From assembly GCA_963693365.1 (NCBI GenBank), contig CAVNZM010000010.1, forward strand, positions 124,001-188,000: DNA of 64,000 nucleotides, read 5' to 3'. The DNA comes from Amoebidium appalachense (lineage: Eukaryota > Protista > Ichthyosporea). Of the stretch, positions 36,854 through 52,823 are shown one piece after another. The translations under genes were made by a program, and so were the position numbers. Each line of letters begins with the position of its first letter. Positions within the stretch are counted from its first letter, which is position 1. The notes under the pieces were generated by a model that was not told the DNA's origin, ran no database searches, and saw nothing but the letters and a program-made list of their open reading frames with translations.

Positions 36854-38354
36854 GGAAGTTTTGAAACCACAACAATCCCGGTTAAATAACTTGAATTCTA
36901 GCGAAAAAGCTGCTCCAAAAACATTTTATAAAGCCTCTTATTCTTTATCTTCCATTTTATTTTGCTTGAACTTGCTAGTGTTCAAAGAGGCGCTCCGACT
37001 CAGGATGACACATCGATAAAGAAAAAGCCTTTTCGATGTCGATGTAATCTTTGAAGCAATCTGCCTAGCTCAAATTCCTTGGGGGGATGTTATGTGCAAA
37101 GGTAAAAGGGAATGTAAACTAATGAGCTATTTCACCGAAACACCACCAAATATTGCTAATGAGTGTTTATATACGTACAATAATTACTTTTAACAATCCA
37201 AAAATAAAACAGGAGCTTATCACAAACTAAAGAGAAAAAATAAACGGAATCTCGGTACTTCGGTTTTCTACTAAACAAGATATTCGGGATAAGCATCCCC
37301 CTTTCAAGCTGTTTACATGAGGTTTAGGAAACTACCGCGAGTTGATCATGCACCAATAAATTCCGTTGCCAACAAGCAGATCAGGGTGTGAAATGTTGTC
37401 CTTACGTTAAAGGTTAGAGACGCATTGGTAGTATTTTTTCAGGCTGCATGACCCGAAATCAGAGACCAACCACAAAACAAACCGTTTTAATGCTGTTTCT
37501 TGGGTCATCCTGTTTGAGAATTCGCTGGCCTAACTTCAGAAGTTAGAGACACTTTTCTAGATTTCTCAATTCGGAGGACATATTTGTAGCCCTAAACCCC
37601 CTAGCACAACAGGAAGCCATAAACATTCTCGATTAGAGGGGGTCAATCGTTTGTGAGAAGCCATTTTCTTTCATCGCCAAACTTAAGTGCTTAGCAAAAG
37701 AATTAAACAAATATTTTGTGTAATACCTGAAAGAAAATAAATTTATTATTTACAGGATTGATGATTATAGACGAAATAAATGCGTTCATTCCAACATATA
37801 TAGCCTGGGTGGCCTGATGGTAGATCGCAGTGCTCAGTAATTACATCACTATGTTACGCCCCACGCAGCGTTGGAGACTGCAACACGGAAATCTTCGCCA
37901 ATCACATTAGATCACGCTGCTATCTAAGCTATTTATGCCAGGGCTCTCGCTGATTCGTCAAGGTTCTTGCGGGTGACGCCCAGCCCGTAGTCCGCACCCC
38001 TGTCACCAGTGCTCGGTGCGGCTCGCGCGATACCCCGGCTCGGCCAAACCTGTCGGGGCGCCGTGACGCCCAGAGCTCGAGCTGCGCACAAAAGTGACTC
38101 CATAGCTATAGGCTTGTATGTTTATGTTTTTTTGTGTTTATGCTCATAAGGTTTAGTTTATGGTGTGCGCATATGTTGACCTAAGTGAATGGGCGATGAC
38201 GTGCCGCAGATAATTTCTTTACGAGAAGCGGGACCCACTGCTTGGGGTTGGTTGTAAGAGAGGTGGTTGATAGTCCCAGAAGAAAAATCTGGTTGGCCAT
38301 TATTTTTTCCTCCCGGAAAAATAGAGATTCATGGGGGATGGGGGGCCCCGGGAA

Positions 38355-38393
<39 letters not shown>

Positions 38394-38490
38394 GACACGC
38401 ACGGATACCCAAAAAGAATAACAAACACAGGCGCGCGCACACACACAAACGTTTCATGCGCACAGCGCGCGCACACACACGCACACACAC

Positions 38491-38659
<169 letters not shown>

Positions 38660-38839
38660 CACCCACTGCACAGAGATGCACACGCACAGAGATGCACGGT
38701 GAGAACACACACGCACAAACACACACAGACACACACACACATGCACATTCACACTTTCTCACAGTCACACTCACACTCACAACACGCAAACAGGTGCACA
38801 CGCAAACAAAACACACCCGCACCTGTGACTCACACACAC

Positions 38840-38933
<94 letters not shown>

Positions 38934-39520
38934 TGCTGCACGCAGTGCCACTCTAATGCACGTGCACCCACACACAGACAAGGGACACAGAGAACGGCAG
39001 TTGTATGAAACATGTCCAACGCAGATCTCTGACGCACGCACTGAAACACTAAGTCACATCCCCGCTAGACGTGTACTGCGCGCCTGCACACACAGTCACG
39101 CAAACACAAGCTGACAAACGTTCACTTTGTCTTTCCATCTCTTTCTCCCTCTCTCTGCCTACCTCTACCCTACCTTCTTTTGCTTTCTCCCTCTATCCCG
39201 TGTAAACGTGTGCATGCACGTGTTGCCAGGAACTATGTCATACATGCACTGACGCGCGCACACACCCGCTTCCACCTACACATTCCCACACACACACATA
39301 CATGTGTAGACATATGCACATGAGCCAGTGCGGGCGCCAGATACACACTAAAAACACCTAAACCCAACACATACTTTCCCTACACACACATACGGTGGCA
39401 CGCACACACACACAAGCACACAAGCACACAAGCACACACAGATACATGTGCCTGCGCACACACACACACACGAAACGGACGTGTTTTGGGTTTTTGACGG
39501 GCATGCACACGCGCACACAT

Positions 39521-39563
<43 letters not shown>

Positions 39564-39581
39564 CACACACATACACACATA

Positions 39582-39640
<59 letters not shown>

Positions 39641-40190
39641 AGTGGCACAAACGTACACTCGCACATACAAAGCATACGGGTTTTTCATTTTCTATTTCAC
39701 ACCAATGCCACAGGGATGCAGATAACGGACACACTGTCAAACACAGTGTACACCAAGGCACACTGCAACATAAGCACCCATGGACATCGTAGTGCATCAT
39801 GTACAATAAAGTTTCCGAAATCAAAAACCATGACCCAGTGATGTTCAGCTAAATGCACAACTCAATGTGCTGAAATAAGTTCAACTTGGTTGTTGGAAAA
39901 GGAGGCGAGAGAGGTGTGCTGAAGGGGAACCGAGGAAGGTGGGGCCCGGTGTTGGTGGTGGTGAGAGGAGTGGGCTGGAAGGGGGGGGGGGGGGGGGGGG
40001 GGGGGGGGAGGGGATCACCATCACTGCTGGTGAAGGGGGGGTGGGGGGGGGGGGGGTATTTAGGCGGTGAGGACTGGTAATGGAGGAGGGAGGAGTGACC
40101 TGACCAGATCTCAAGGGTTGCCCCTCTCCCTCCCCCCTCCCCCCTCCACCTCCCCCCTCCCTCTCCCCCCTTCGAGCTCCCCCCTCCCCC

Positions 40191-40233
<43 letters not shown>

Positions 40234-40753
40234 AGTCCCCCTCCCCCTCTTCTGTCGGGACAGAAAGGGGAATACTGGACCAGCAAGGGGGTTTTGATGT
40301 TTTGCATTGTATTGCCTCTGCCCCTAGGTGTACAAGTGTGCATTCAGATTTACTACCGCCGTGATATTAATATGATATGGGTTATGAAGCGAGAGAAGAC
40401 ATTCATCTGAATAACAATAAAAGAATTTGTCAAAGCTATTTCACGGGTCGTTCACTAGTCACACTTTCAACCGGAGTTCTCATTCGTTGTCATGCGCCAT
40501 GGAAGTGAGACGGGTGTACATGTAAGCAGCGAGAAGACTCGGAACATCGACCAAAAACATGAATGTAGTAGCAAATTGGAGCCATTTCCCCACAGCCAAC
40601 ACTGAGTTGCTCAGTCCAGACACGTGTCAACATACTACACCTGACATTGATATAACAAAACACGTGTACCGGGACCTTGAATTCATGTAAATAAATACTA
40701 AGGGGGTTGGTGATGAGGTGGTGGTGGGTGGCTGGTGGGGTTGGGGGAAAGAT

Positions 40754-40814
<61 letters not shown>

Positions 40815-41089
40815 AAAGGAAGGGCAGGAGGGGCAGAGTCGTTTTGGACAAAGGCCGCCTGATCTATCGAGAGAGGGAAGAGGGAATGCTGGGGGGTGCT
40901 GGCAAGGGGGAGGGGGGAGGGGGAAGGAGGGGGGGGGGGAGGGAGGAGTAGCAATATTAGTCGTTTAGCTGGGGCTCTGGGGGGGGGGGGGGGGGGGGGG
41001 GGGAGGGGGGGGGCAAAAGAGAAAAGCAAGCAAGAGGCACCAAGCAGGTAGGGTTGTGTGTGTGGGTTGTGTGTGTGGGTTGGGGCGGG

Positions 41090-41134
<45 letters not shown>

Positions 41135-41719
41135 CGAAGTGGGTGTTTGTGTATGTACGCGTGTGCACGTGCCCGTGCATGTACAATTGGAGACTGAAGG
41201 GACATGGATTGTACGAGCTTTATATTAGTGGCGTGCAATTTTGGCAAGGACTTCGGGTTAAACGAGTGCATCATTGAAGACACAAATTCTGCTTTTTTGT
41301 GGTTTTACTGGGCACTTATTCCAAATTTCCGTTTTTAGGTGGATAATATGCTATGCTGACCAGCCCGATGCAGCATACTGATGCATCCGAAATGTGGTCG
41401 GAGTACTTAGCGGCCATAAGTACTCCGATCGGAGTACTTTAGGAATGCTTGTTTCGGAAGGATACCGCGAGCTATTGGGGCCCATGGCCAGGAGCCCGCT
41501 TTTTTTTGTAAAGCCAGTAAGAAAACATAGGTTTACAAATTTTTTGTCTTTGGTACGGTAACTAACAAGTCTTTCCCTAGCTTTTATTGGTTGCCGACGC
41601 TGTTGCAAGTTTTTGAATTCATGCTCGACAACAACATAATTCATGATCAAACGGACGAAACTTGCTGAGTCCGCGAACACAACAAGCCATGGGTTTCATG
41701 TGAAAGATGAGCGCCCAAC

Positions 41720-42421
41720 ATGGCCGAAACATTAGACCCAATAGAGCCACTTTATTCTGGAGCTCGTGTCTGTTGTTTTGCATACATATTTGACGGGGTT
41801 CAGGGGGAAGATTTCACAGATGACACCACACGTTGGTCTTACAAGAAGTTCGGCCTGAGCTGGGACACACAAATACTGGTAGGCACAGTAGTGAAACGAT
41901 GCAAGGCAAACGAAGACAGTGAATGGAAAGTAAAGTTTGATTTTGACGGTACCACAGAAGTAGTTCTGCGCAATCAGCTAACTTTAATACGGAAGAAGAC
42001 AATGAACACATAAGTAGCGAGCTAGAGAGTGATAGTGATGAAGATCCAGATGGAGACATCCAACAAGTAGAGATTCCTGTCACAGACAGTGAGAGTGAAG
42101 ATGAGATAGAACTTGTAGATGAACAAGTAGAGTTACCTACCCCCACCGACCCCACGTTCACCTTGCAATGGACCATTCCAGATGAGCAAGTACTTGACAA
42201 AAGAACAGGCCCACGCAGAAAACCAACCATTCCACTAGCACTAAACAAGCGCAAGAGTGTTCTGTGTTTGTTTGAACACTTCATGCCTATGGAGTATCTC
42301 TTCACAGTAGTCATTCCACTCACAAACGAAGTAGGTCGTGCACGTTACAAAAATTGGGTTGACTTAACCCCGGGTGAGCTACTTAGGTGGTTGGGTATGT
42401 GGATTTACATGGCTAGTAATC
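41720..42421 (+). pseudogene. piggyBac-like (DDE_Tnp_1_7) transposase N-terminal remnant, frameshifted and truncated
   Basis: The ORF from 41720 shifts frame near 41985 into an acidic tract (EEDNEHISSELESDSDEDPDGD...). It continues LCLFEHFMPMEYLFTVVIPLTNEVGRARYKNWVDLTPGELLRWLGMWIYM, matching the F..FF....TN..A....W..T..E+..+LG++I.M segment of piggyBac transposases. The catalytic core is not seen. A possible Cys-rich tail lies at about 44205-44330 (STNHCKLC...LHVC...C). Confidence 0.7.
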
Positions 42422-43053
42422 GTACAGCATTCTTTCTTTTTTTTTTTTTTCTTTCTTCAAATTCTACCATTGTGTTCTATCTTTTTGGTTTTTTACACTC
42501 ATCGTTGTGCTGTGCCGTTTTTCTTCAGTGATTTTATTCTTGCTGTCACCGTTGTGTTCTTTGTACATGTACTTTCATAGTTATGTTCTACAGTCAATGC
42601 GTTTTTCTTTTTCTTGTTTTTGTATTTTCAAAGCGTTTACTTAGCATCGGTTTATTCCTCGCCACCGCGGGCTTTTCACCAACGTGTTGGTGAGCTTTTT
42701 CTTGAGTCACTACAGTACGTGTCGAGTCATTCTCCAAGGGAAGCCTGAGGGTGACCCCATGTTTTAGCAAAACGGGCAAGTCATGTAGTGTGTGTCCTAC
42801 CGACAGTGATATTAAAGCGGTAATGTTGCAAACGTTTGGCGCTACCAAGCTCTAACGATGCCTGATGCCTAGGCCTATTTTGTGTGCACGTGGGTGGGTG
42901 TGGCTGAGGTTATGCACGCCCTTTCTCATGCCGCCGTTCACATTCTTGCCTGCATTAAAATGGCCTCCATGAAGCCTGCCCCCCCCCCCCCCGCCCCCCT
43001 CCCCCCCCGGCCGGGCCCCGCCCTCTGCCTCCTCCTCTCTCTCCCCCTCCCCC

Positions 43054-43087
<34 letters not shown>

Positions 43088-43446
43088 AGGGCATATACGT
43101 TTTGTTAATTCGGTTTGAATAAACGTTTCAACATTTGATTCTCGAATTCGCCCTTCTCGCTGTGTGCGTAAACGCATCAGATGTACACGAGGCATGCAGT
43201 GACACTGTATTGTGAAAAACTGTGTACGTATACATCGATCTGTCACATAGTGAGATATCACTGTGTACGTTTACGGTGTATAAGTGTCCCGGTGTGTGTG
43301 TGTTTGTGTTAAAGTTGTGCGTTCCTGTTTGAAATTCTAATGTGAGTCAGTCTCCGCCTGTCTGCCCGGCGCACACGGAGGCCGTGTGCGAGCGGCGAGC
43401 GTTCGTGCGAGCGTGCGAGCGTGCATGTGCGTGTGCGTGTGTGCGT

Positions 43447-43531
<85 letters not shown>

Positions 43532-43543
43532 CGCGTGTGCGCG

Positions 43544-43692
<149 letters not shown>

Positions 43693-44708
43693 ATATGCCA
43701 AGTTTGTGTGTGTGTAAGCTGCGCCCGCAACGACAATGTGCTGTGCAGCTGTTCCTAATCCAGACCGTTTGTATGTGCAGTGTGCTAGTGTGCTTGGGTA
43801 GGCGTCGTGCAAGTGGGACTCAGGAGGTGCACTTGTGATAGCCCAGATGAACTGTACATGTTCTACTGTATCTGGCGACTGTCTCTGTGTGTATAAGATG
43901 GATGAGGTATTACGGGGTTTGGACCTGCGCTGATGTGCGTGTGTGACTGCAAACACATGCGCACGTGTGCGTAGCGGCTGTGTGTGTACGTGTGTGTCAC
44001 AGACTCGGGGTGCGTCCGTGCCTGTCCGACGTGTTCCGGTGCAGTGCCAGATGACGCGAGGGGAACTCGGAAGTTTCCAACGGTTGCAAATGGAGCATGG
44101 AATGATATTACACCAATCCGATGTTACGAAATCTGAAAGTCACATTCCAATCCAAGTACATAAATCCAGGGAGCCAATACATTTACGACACGAACAGCTC
44201 AAATAGCCGTAGATCGACCAATCATTGCAAGCTATGTTTAGATACCCATGCCGATGCCAGGTGCACACTGCACGTGTGCGCACACAAAACTTTGAATGGC
44301 GACATTCACGTGTGCGCGAGTATTATGGCGACATACGAAGATTCTCGCAATTAGTCTACACGTGCGCACGTATTATGGCGACACATTGAAATACTCACAT
44401 CCTTGCAAGCGCCCGTGTGTGCACAGCTAAACGTGAAACAAGTGTCCGAAAACTAAGAAAAAACAGAAAAACAGTGGAAAGAAGTGATAAGGGAGAGGAG
44501 GCACAGAGATATCCATACGCACCCATAGAACAAGAAGGGAATTATCAGGTTACATGCAAAAGAAAAAGAAAAAGGGCGTAGAAAATCGGGAGACGAAACG
44601 GTGACAGAAAAAGTTGAGCGTATGCCGAAGACATGTGGATTTTGGGACAAACAGGCTGAGAAAAAGGGCAGATTTCACAAGAACTTGGTGTTTTACGGTG
44701 TACACAAC

Positions 44709-44992
44709 GGCATAGGAGCCTTCAACCGAAAGAGGTGTATGTCATATGGTTTTCGTTAGCATTGTAGTTGGGTTTCACCCTGAATGGTATCTGTACCCCA
44801 TCAACACCTTTCGGGGCGAGGCTGAAAGGCAACCGTTCGAAAAAGCGAGACCAGGCGTTAAATTTTTATTCCCGAGCGCCAAAGATACGACGAGAGGGGA
44901 AACCCGCACCCAGTATTTGAAATGGGGCCTCCTAGGCAGCTTTCGTTTGCCTTTCTAGCATGTTTGGCGATAAAACAAGCAACGGCTATACC
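44709..44992 (+). ncRNA. Candidate structured RNA element of unknown class
   Basis: Abutting imperfect helices 44717-44741/44799-44823 and 44824-44835/44944-44955, a closing stem 44709-44715/44986-44992, and a GGG-GAAA-CCC hairpin at 44896-44905. No Rfam family recognised by eye. Confidence 0.3.
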
Positions 44993-45115
44993 TGGCGAGT
45001 CACAGTTATACAAGGTAAGTGAAGTGCCTGTCCCATTTGAAGAAAACGTCACGGGAATGTGGCATGAATAACAGAAGAAACACAGGAGTAAGAGGGGGGT
45101 TTATTTCTTTTCTGT

Positions 45116-45151
<36 letters not shown>

Positions 45152-45152
45152 T

Positions 45153-45183
<31 letters not shown>

Positions 45184-45781
45184 TGGACATTAACCTGAGG
45201 CACGTTGTAAGTGAAGTGTGCAAGGTTACGTGAACAAGGTGAGACTTCGAATTCTGGAATACTTTCCTAGGAAGGAGGGCCATGAGTAGAGGGGATTTCT
45301 TGTGGTTCATAAAGAACCCACGGACAACAACCTACGGATTCATGTAAAGTTCCAAACAATGCTGCGTGGATCATACTGTTTGTAGTTCTCGGTCGGAAAA
45401 GGTTTTGTCCTTTCCTTCTGCCGTTTGAAATCTAAAGTACTCACTGAAACTAAACTCTTTTGATCTTTTAAAGCGGCCAGACCATGCTAATCATGCAAAG
45501 TGTCCGTTCTTTCCTTATCTTCCGTTCTTGATTCGACATTTCCCATTCTGGTTTGTCCATTCAAAACCTCCAACTTGAAGTTCCAGTCACACCCACGTCA
45601 CTCACTTTCTTGTTTTTTTTCAACCATCTAGGCCGAGGAAGGCAAAGGGGTTGCTGGGCGCTACATTGTGCGATTTGACGATGACGTCCCCGTTGACATT
45701 TACTCCAGCAGCCAGGATCTCTCTCAGATGGAAGAAAGTGGAGCGCTGAAGGTTTGTTTTGTAATTGTGCGGGGCTTAGGT

Positions 45782-45860
<79 letters not shown>

Positions 45861-46300
45861 ACGCGCGCGTGTGTGGTACCGTGGGTGGGTGTGTATGGGG
45901 CACCGTGGGTGGGTGATGGGTGTAGGTGGGCGTGTGTGTGTGTGTGGTACCGCGTGAATGTGCGCCGTGTTGCACAAACAAAGACATGCACAAACACCCC
46001 ACCCAACAAAGCCTATGTGCAAACACCAAAAAGCACAATCCACGAATACACAAATAATACACATACGCACACACACACGAACACACGGATAAATGCCCAC
46101 ATACAGGACAGTGCGAATCGCAAATTTAAACACACATGAACACAGAAACGCAACAGCATACACACACACAAAACGCACACGAATGCTAGGACGAGCACAT
46201 GCAAGTATGATCGTGCAGAGTTTCTCATGCACCTAAGCACGAGCACAAGAGGCACACGAGCACAAAAGCGTGCATAGCACGTTCCACAGGCGGGCACTAA

Positions 46301-46360
<60 letters not shown>

Positions 46361-46378
46361 GCACGCACACGCACACGC

Positions 46379-46419
<41 letters not shown>

Positions 46420-46524
46420 TGCACATGCACACACACATACACACACAGACAGACACACACACGTACGCACACACAGACACACACAGACACACGCACAAAC
46501 ACACACACACAACACACACACACA

Positions 46525-46565
<41 letters not shown>

Positions 46566-46894
46566 CGCACACACGCACACATACACACATACATACACAC
46601 GCACATACACACACACCTTAATATGAGCACGAACACACAGATTCCCCCACCCTCCCCCCCCCCCCCCCCCCCCCTCCCCCCTCTTCAAACCCCCCACCCC
46701 CCACCCCACCCCTCCGCTCCAGGGGACATGCACGTTCACAAAGAAATGATTAGGCTGGGTTGTCTAGTGGTCTCAGCACTGGACCAAAAACCAGCCACTC
46801 TTCGTTTGATGCGCACTTCGATCATTCATTGTCCAAGCATCATTTAGTTGCTCCTGTTGCCATAGAAATGCTCCCCTCACCCCTTCCCCCCAAC

Positions 46895-46927
<33 letters not shown>

Positions 46928-48348
46928 CCCCCCCACCCCCTCTTTCTGCCCCCCCCCCTCCTTCCCTTTGTATAAGGTTCGCATAGTTCGGACATTCTCT
47001 TTACTGAAATCGCATTCTCCTCACGTTCAGGTTCTCGCCGGCATCAATGGTGTTGCCATGGAGCTCAGTGAATCAGAACTTAGTGTGATGCGCAATGACG
47101 ACACAGTGTCCTGGATCGAGGAGGTGCAAACGGTTCGGGTCAGCCTTTCGTGGGCCCTGGATCGAATCGACCAGACGAACCTGCCCCTCAATAAGATCTA
47201 CCAGCCCACAGCAACAAACCAGGGAGAGGGTGTCGATGTGTAAACAGCACCACCCCCCCCCCCCCCCCATCCTCCCCCCCCCCCCCCATCTCCTCCCTTC
47301 CCCTCCCCCTCCCCCACTTCCATCCCCCCCCCCCCCCCCCCCCCATCCCCCCCCTCCCCCTCTCCCTCACCCACTTCCCACCCACAGCTCACGCCTCCCC
47401 CCCCTCCCCCTCTCCCTTCAGCAGTAAATTGCATTTCCAAAAAAAGTACCCCGCCACCATGAGCTCTCCTTTTTGCTCTTTTCGAATCCCGTGTGTGTAC
47501 CGTTTGCATAGAGGTCAATCCTGTGGTTAACCTGCGTATATTCCCACTGTTTGCCTAATTAAAAAGGAAAGAGAAGGGGATCCTTTTGGGCTGATTTATC
47601 GGGCCTTTCGGGTCAGGCCATAATGTTGTTTGATATGCATCTCGCCAATCACAAATGTATAGCTCCTCGGCACTGAGATTGTTGCCATATACGGTATGTC
47701 CAGTTTGAGAGAATCACTATACAAAGAGAACTCCTTGTATTCCTGAGAAATGTCGACATAGTCGTTAATCCACCGTGTGCACACAGTTACATCGTCGACA
47801 CAGGCATCGACGTGTACCACCCGCAACTCTCTGGACACGTTGGAAACTTCTGGTCTGCTTTCAAGACGTTTAAGGACGACCATGGCCACGGCACACACGT
47901 GGCTGGACTGGTGGCGTCACGTGACTATGGGGTGGCACCAGGTGCTAGCTTGTGGTCCGTTAAGGTGGGTGTGAGGCGGGGAGGGATGAGCTGTGTGGGT
48001 GGGCGGGGGGCGGGCAGGGATGGGGTGTGTGGGTAGGTGGGGGGTGGATGGGATCCACGGCAATTTTTACTCTTTGTGTATTGCAAACGAGTTTACGCAA
48101 AGAGTTAGGATTGCCGTGGATCCCATCCTCAGCGGGGGACCCAGTCCGGTGGTGGTGATGGGGAGGGGGAGGGGGGGGGGAGGGGGGGGGGGAGGAGGAG
48201 GGTGGGGTGGGTGGGTGAGATTGCAGACACGTTTTTCGTGTCTGCAATGTGTACTTCGTATTTTTCAACACATCCTAACTTTCTCTCCTCTCCTTCAACA
48301 CCCCCCCCCCCCCCCCCTCCATCCTCCCCATCCTCCCACGCACACGCG

Positions 48349-48402
<54 letters not shown>

Positions 48403-48566
48403 GACACCCACACACACACACACACACACACATTCTCCCCCCCTCTTTCCCCCCTTTTCCCCCCTCCCTGCCCCACACTCCCTTCCCCCCCCCCCCCCTT
48501 CCCTCCCCACCTTCCCCCTCTCCCACTCCTTCCCCCCTCCTCCCCCTCCCTCCTCCCGTCCTCCCC

Positions 48567-48597
<31 letters not shown>

Positions 48598-48860
48598 ACG
48601 TACACACACAGGTTCTTGATGCAACTGGTAACGGAGACTCCACGCTCGTAGTCAGAGGGCTAACTCAGGTGCTCACCCACCGCAACCGGACTAGAGCCAG
48701 CATCGTCAACATGTCACTGGGGGCAGGGCAGAGCCCCTCTGTGAATGATGCCGTGGCTAGGCTGGTGGCTGATAATGTCACAGTGATAGTGGCTGCTGGT
48801 ATGTTCTGGTGTGTTCTATGTTCCTTTTGGCGCCTAAGTTTATCTTTTAACTTTCTCCCT

Positions 48861-48891
<31 letters not shown>

Positions 48892-49037
48892 ACTCTCTCT
48901 CCCCCCCCCCCCCCCCTCTCTCTCTCTGTTTCCCCTTCCCCCCCCCCCCCCCCCCGCCTCCCCTCCCTCCCCACTTCCCCCCTCTCCCCCTCCCCCCTAT
49001 CTCCCCCCTCCTCCCCCCGTCCCCCTCCCCCTACCCT

Positions 49038-49244
49038 GGATGACCTAAGCCTTTCCTGAGGTTGGTCTCTACCTATGATGCATGCTCTTTTGTATCTGGT
49101 ACTAAACGGTTTGCAGGTGTGGATATATACGGATTACGTACTGAGGATGTGTTTTAGATGACTGGTTTGTCCTTTTCAGCATGCCCGGAATACATTGTAG
49201 AAAATGTACATCTTAATATGCCATACATACTCCTGCATTCGATA
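49038..49244 (+). mobile_element. Highly diverged relative (subfamily C) of the poly(C)-associated repeat
   Basis: ggatgacctaagcctttcctgaggttggtctctacctatgatgcatgctcttttgtat parallels ggatgacgtgggccccccctgaggatgggctctgcttattatgcatactctttatgtat. It ends gcattcgata followed by a C run. Confidence 0.5.
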
Positions 49245-49607
49245 CCCCCCCTTCCTCCCCCCCCCTCCCTCCCCCCCCTTTCCCCTCCGCTTCCAAAGAA
49301 AAGGAACATCAGAAAAGGCTACAAGTACATAACCCCCCCCCCCCCCCCCCCCCCTCTGTCTCCCTCTCTCGCTCTCTTTCGTTCTCTCTCGTTCTCTCCC
49401 TCCCTCTCTCTCTCTCTCCCTCTCCCCCTCTCTCCCCCCTCTCCCCCCCCTTCCCCTCCCCCCCCCCCCCCCCCCCCTCTCTCTCTCTCCCCCCGCTCCT
49501 TTTCCCAAACAATTCCCCCGCCGTTCTTCTTTCTCAGCCGGCTAGGTTTTTTGGGTTGCCTGGTAAGTTTTGAAATGGAGGTCTCGTCTCTGATCTGTCC
49601 ACCACAG

Positions 49608-49650
<43 letters not shown>

Positions 49651-49679
49651 CCCTCCCTCCCTCCCCTCCCTTCCCTCCC

Positions 49680-49718
<39 letters not shown>

Positions 49719-49825
49719 TTTTTTTTTTTTTTTTTTTTTTCCCCTTCTCCTCCCCCCCCCCCCCCCCTTCCCCTCCTACCTTCTTTTTCCCCCCCCCCTC
49801 CCCCCCCCCCCCCCCCCCCCCCCCC

Positions 49826-51297
<1,472 letters not shown>

Positions 51298-51391
51298 CCC
51301 CCCCCCCCCCCCCCCCCCCAAACACGCACACACACACACACTTACACCCTTCCCCTCCTCCCATCCCGCCCACCTCCCCTCCTCTCCCCCC

Positions 51392-51438
<47 letters not shown>

Positions 51439-51511
51439 ACACACTTACACCCTTCCCCTCCTCCCATCCCGCCCACCTCCCCTCCTCTCACCCCCCGCCC
51501 CCCCTCCCCCC

Positions 51512-51542
<31 letters not shown>

Positions 51543-52304
51543 AACAGGGCCTCACCCATTGTCAGCGGTGCCGCCGCCCTCTTCCTCTCCTCCTACCCAA
51601 AAGCCGTTCCCGCCGCCGTTCGCCGTCTTCTTCTAGAAAGCGCCAGCAATGGAACAATCAATCTCCTTGACCCCACATCCCCAAACACGTTCATTAACAC
51701 AAGGTGGGATCCCGCTCTAGCCGCGGCCGTTTCTAATTGGGTTCCGCCTAGCAACCAGCTGCCAATAGCGTCGTCTGGTGGGAAGTCGTCGGCGGCGGTG
51801 GCACCGATCGCGCAGGTGTGCGTGAAGTGTGTGGGTGTGCTTGGGAGGTTTGATGGGGTGTGTGGGAAAGATAACCAGTGTGCAATGAGGGGGTTGTGTA
51901 AGTGTGCCGAACACGGGAGAAGGTAGTGCACACTAAGTGTAGTTCCTACTATTGACTGTGGGGCTTGAAGTAGATAGTAATATGCTAAGTTGAATGTCCG
52001 AAGTTCTTTGAAATGTTGGCTCTAGAAGAGGGTTGTTGTTGTGTAACACATGCGCTTTGTTTTGTACGACATTATACAGTAGTCTATGATTTTAAAGGCT
52101 GATAATTTGATGGTAGATGGGTTTTTAACGAAAAGACAATACGAGAGATTTGCTTTACTAAAGAGTTTCTGAGGAGTCATTATGATTTAAACATGGATCA
52201 CAGATTTGGGTCGCGGTTTGGCTGTTTTGCAGTTGAATGCATAGGATGAATGTGCCCGAATAAGTTTGTGTGTGTGTGTGTGTGTTTGGGGGGGAGGGGG
52301 GAGA

Positions 52305-52335
<31 letters not shown>

Positions 52336-52664
52336 AGGGGGGGGGGGGGGGGACGGGGGAAGGGGGGGGGGGGGGGAGAGAAGGACGGAGGGGGAGGGAG
52401 GAAGCTTACGGTTAGTGAGAGAGTAAACAACAGTGGTTGGTTTTTTCAGCTGAAGCTACTACCAGCACGGGTTCAAAATGTGCTAATAGAACACACCTAA
52501 TATCATAAATGAAGTCTTCAGATGTATGATACATCATGCAAACTAATAGAACCCCCCCCCCCCCCCCCCCCTTTCCTCCCCCCCTTTTTTCTTGCTTCGC
52601 TACTCCTTACCCCCGCCTCCCCTGCCCTGCCGCGCAACCCCCGCACGACGTGACCACTCATGAC

Positions 52665-52823
52665 AGATCTGGTTGGCGCGAGGGGAGGCGAACTCGGGAC
52701 TGTGGAGACGTGGGCCCCCCTGAGGATGGGCTCGCTTATTATGCATACTCTTTATGTATGCTTGCATTCTGCATCGTGTTATCCGTTTGTTCTTGTGTAC
52801 TTCGTACTTTTGACGCATTCAAA
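52665..52823 (+). mobile_element. Deleted/degenerate 3'-end copy of poly(C)-associated repeat, subfamily A
   Basis: cgaactcgggactgtggagacgtgggcccccctgaggatgggctcgcttattatgc...gtacttcgtacttttgacgcattcaaa, followed by a C-rich run. Confidence 0.75.

Noticed and set aside
37803-37890. tRNA or tRNA-derived SINE head (GCCTGGGTGGCCTGATGGTAG, A-box-like)
   Set aside because: No B box (GTTCGANNC) and no cloverleaf could be completed.
41351-41680. 109-aa minus-strand ORF upstream of the transposase remnant
   Set aside because: No recognisable motif or splice context. More likely the transposon's non-coding left arm.
44709-44992. Assignment of the structured segment to RNase P/MRP, SRP RNA or a group I/II intron
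   Set aside because: The canonical CR-I (GGAAnUC/GAAAGUCC), SRP helix 8 (CAGG...GAAA...AGCA) and intron core motifs are not present. Kept only as an unclassified candidate.
49060-49160. TYDACSF reading as the missing subtilase exon (DAC motif)
   Set aside because: This sequence is homologous to the repeat family (tattatgcatactcttt), lacks GN, SPA and GTSM, and runs into a stop.
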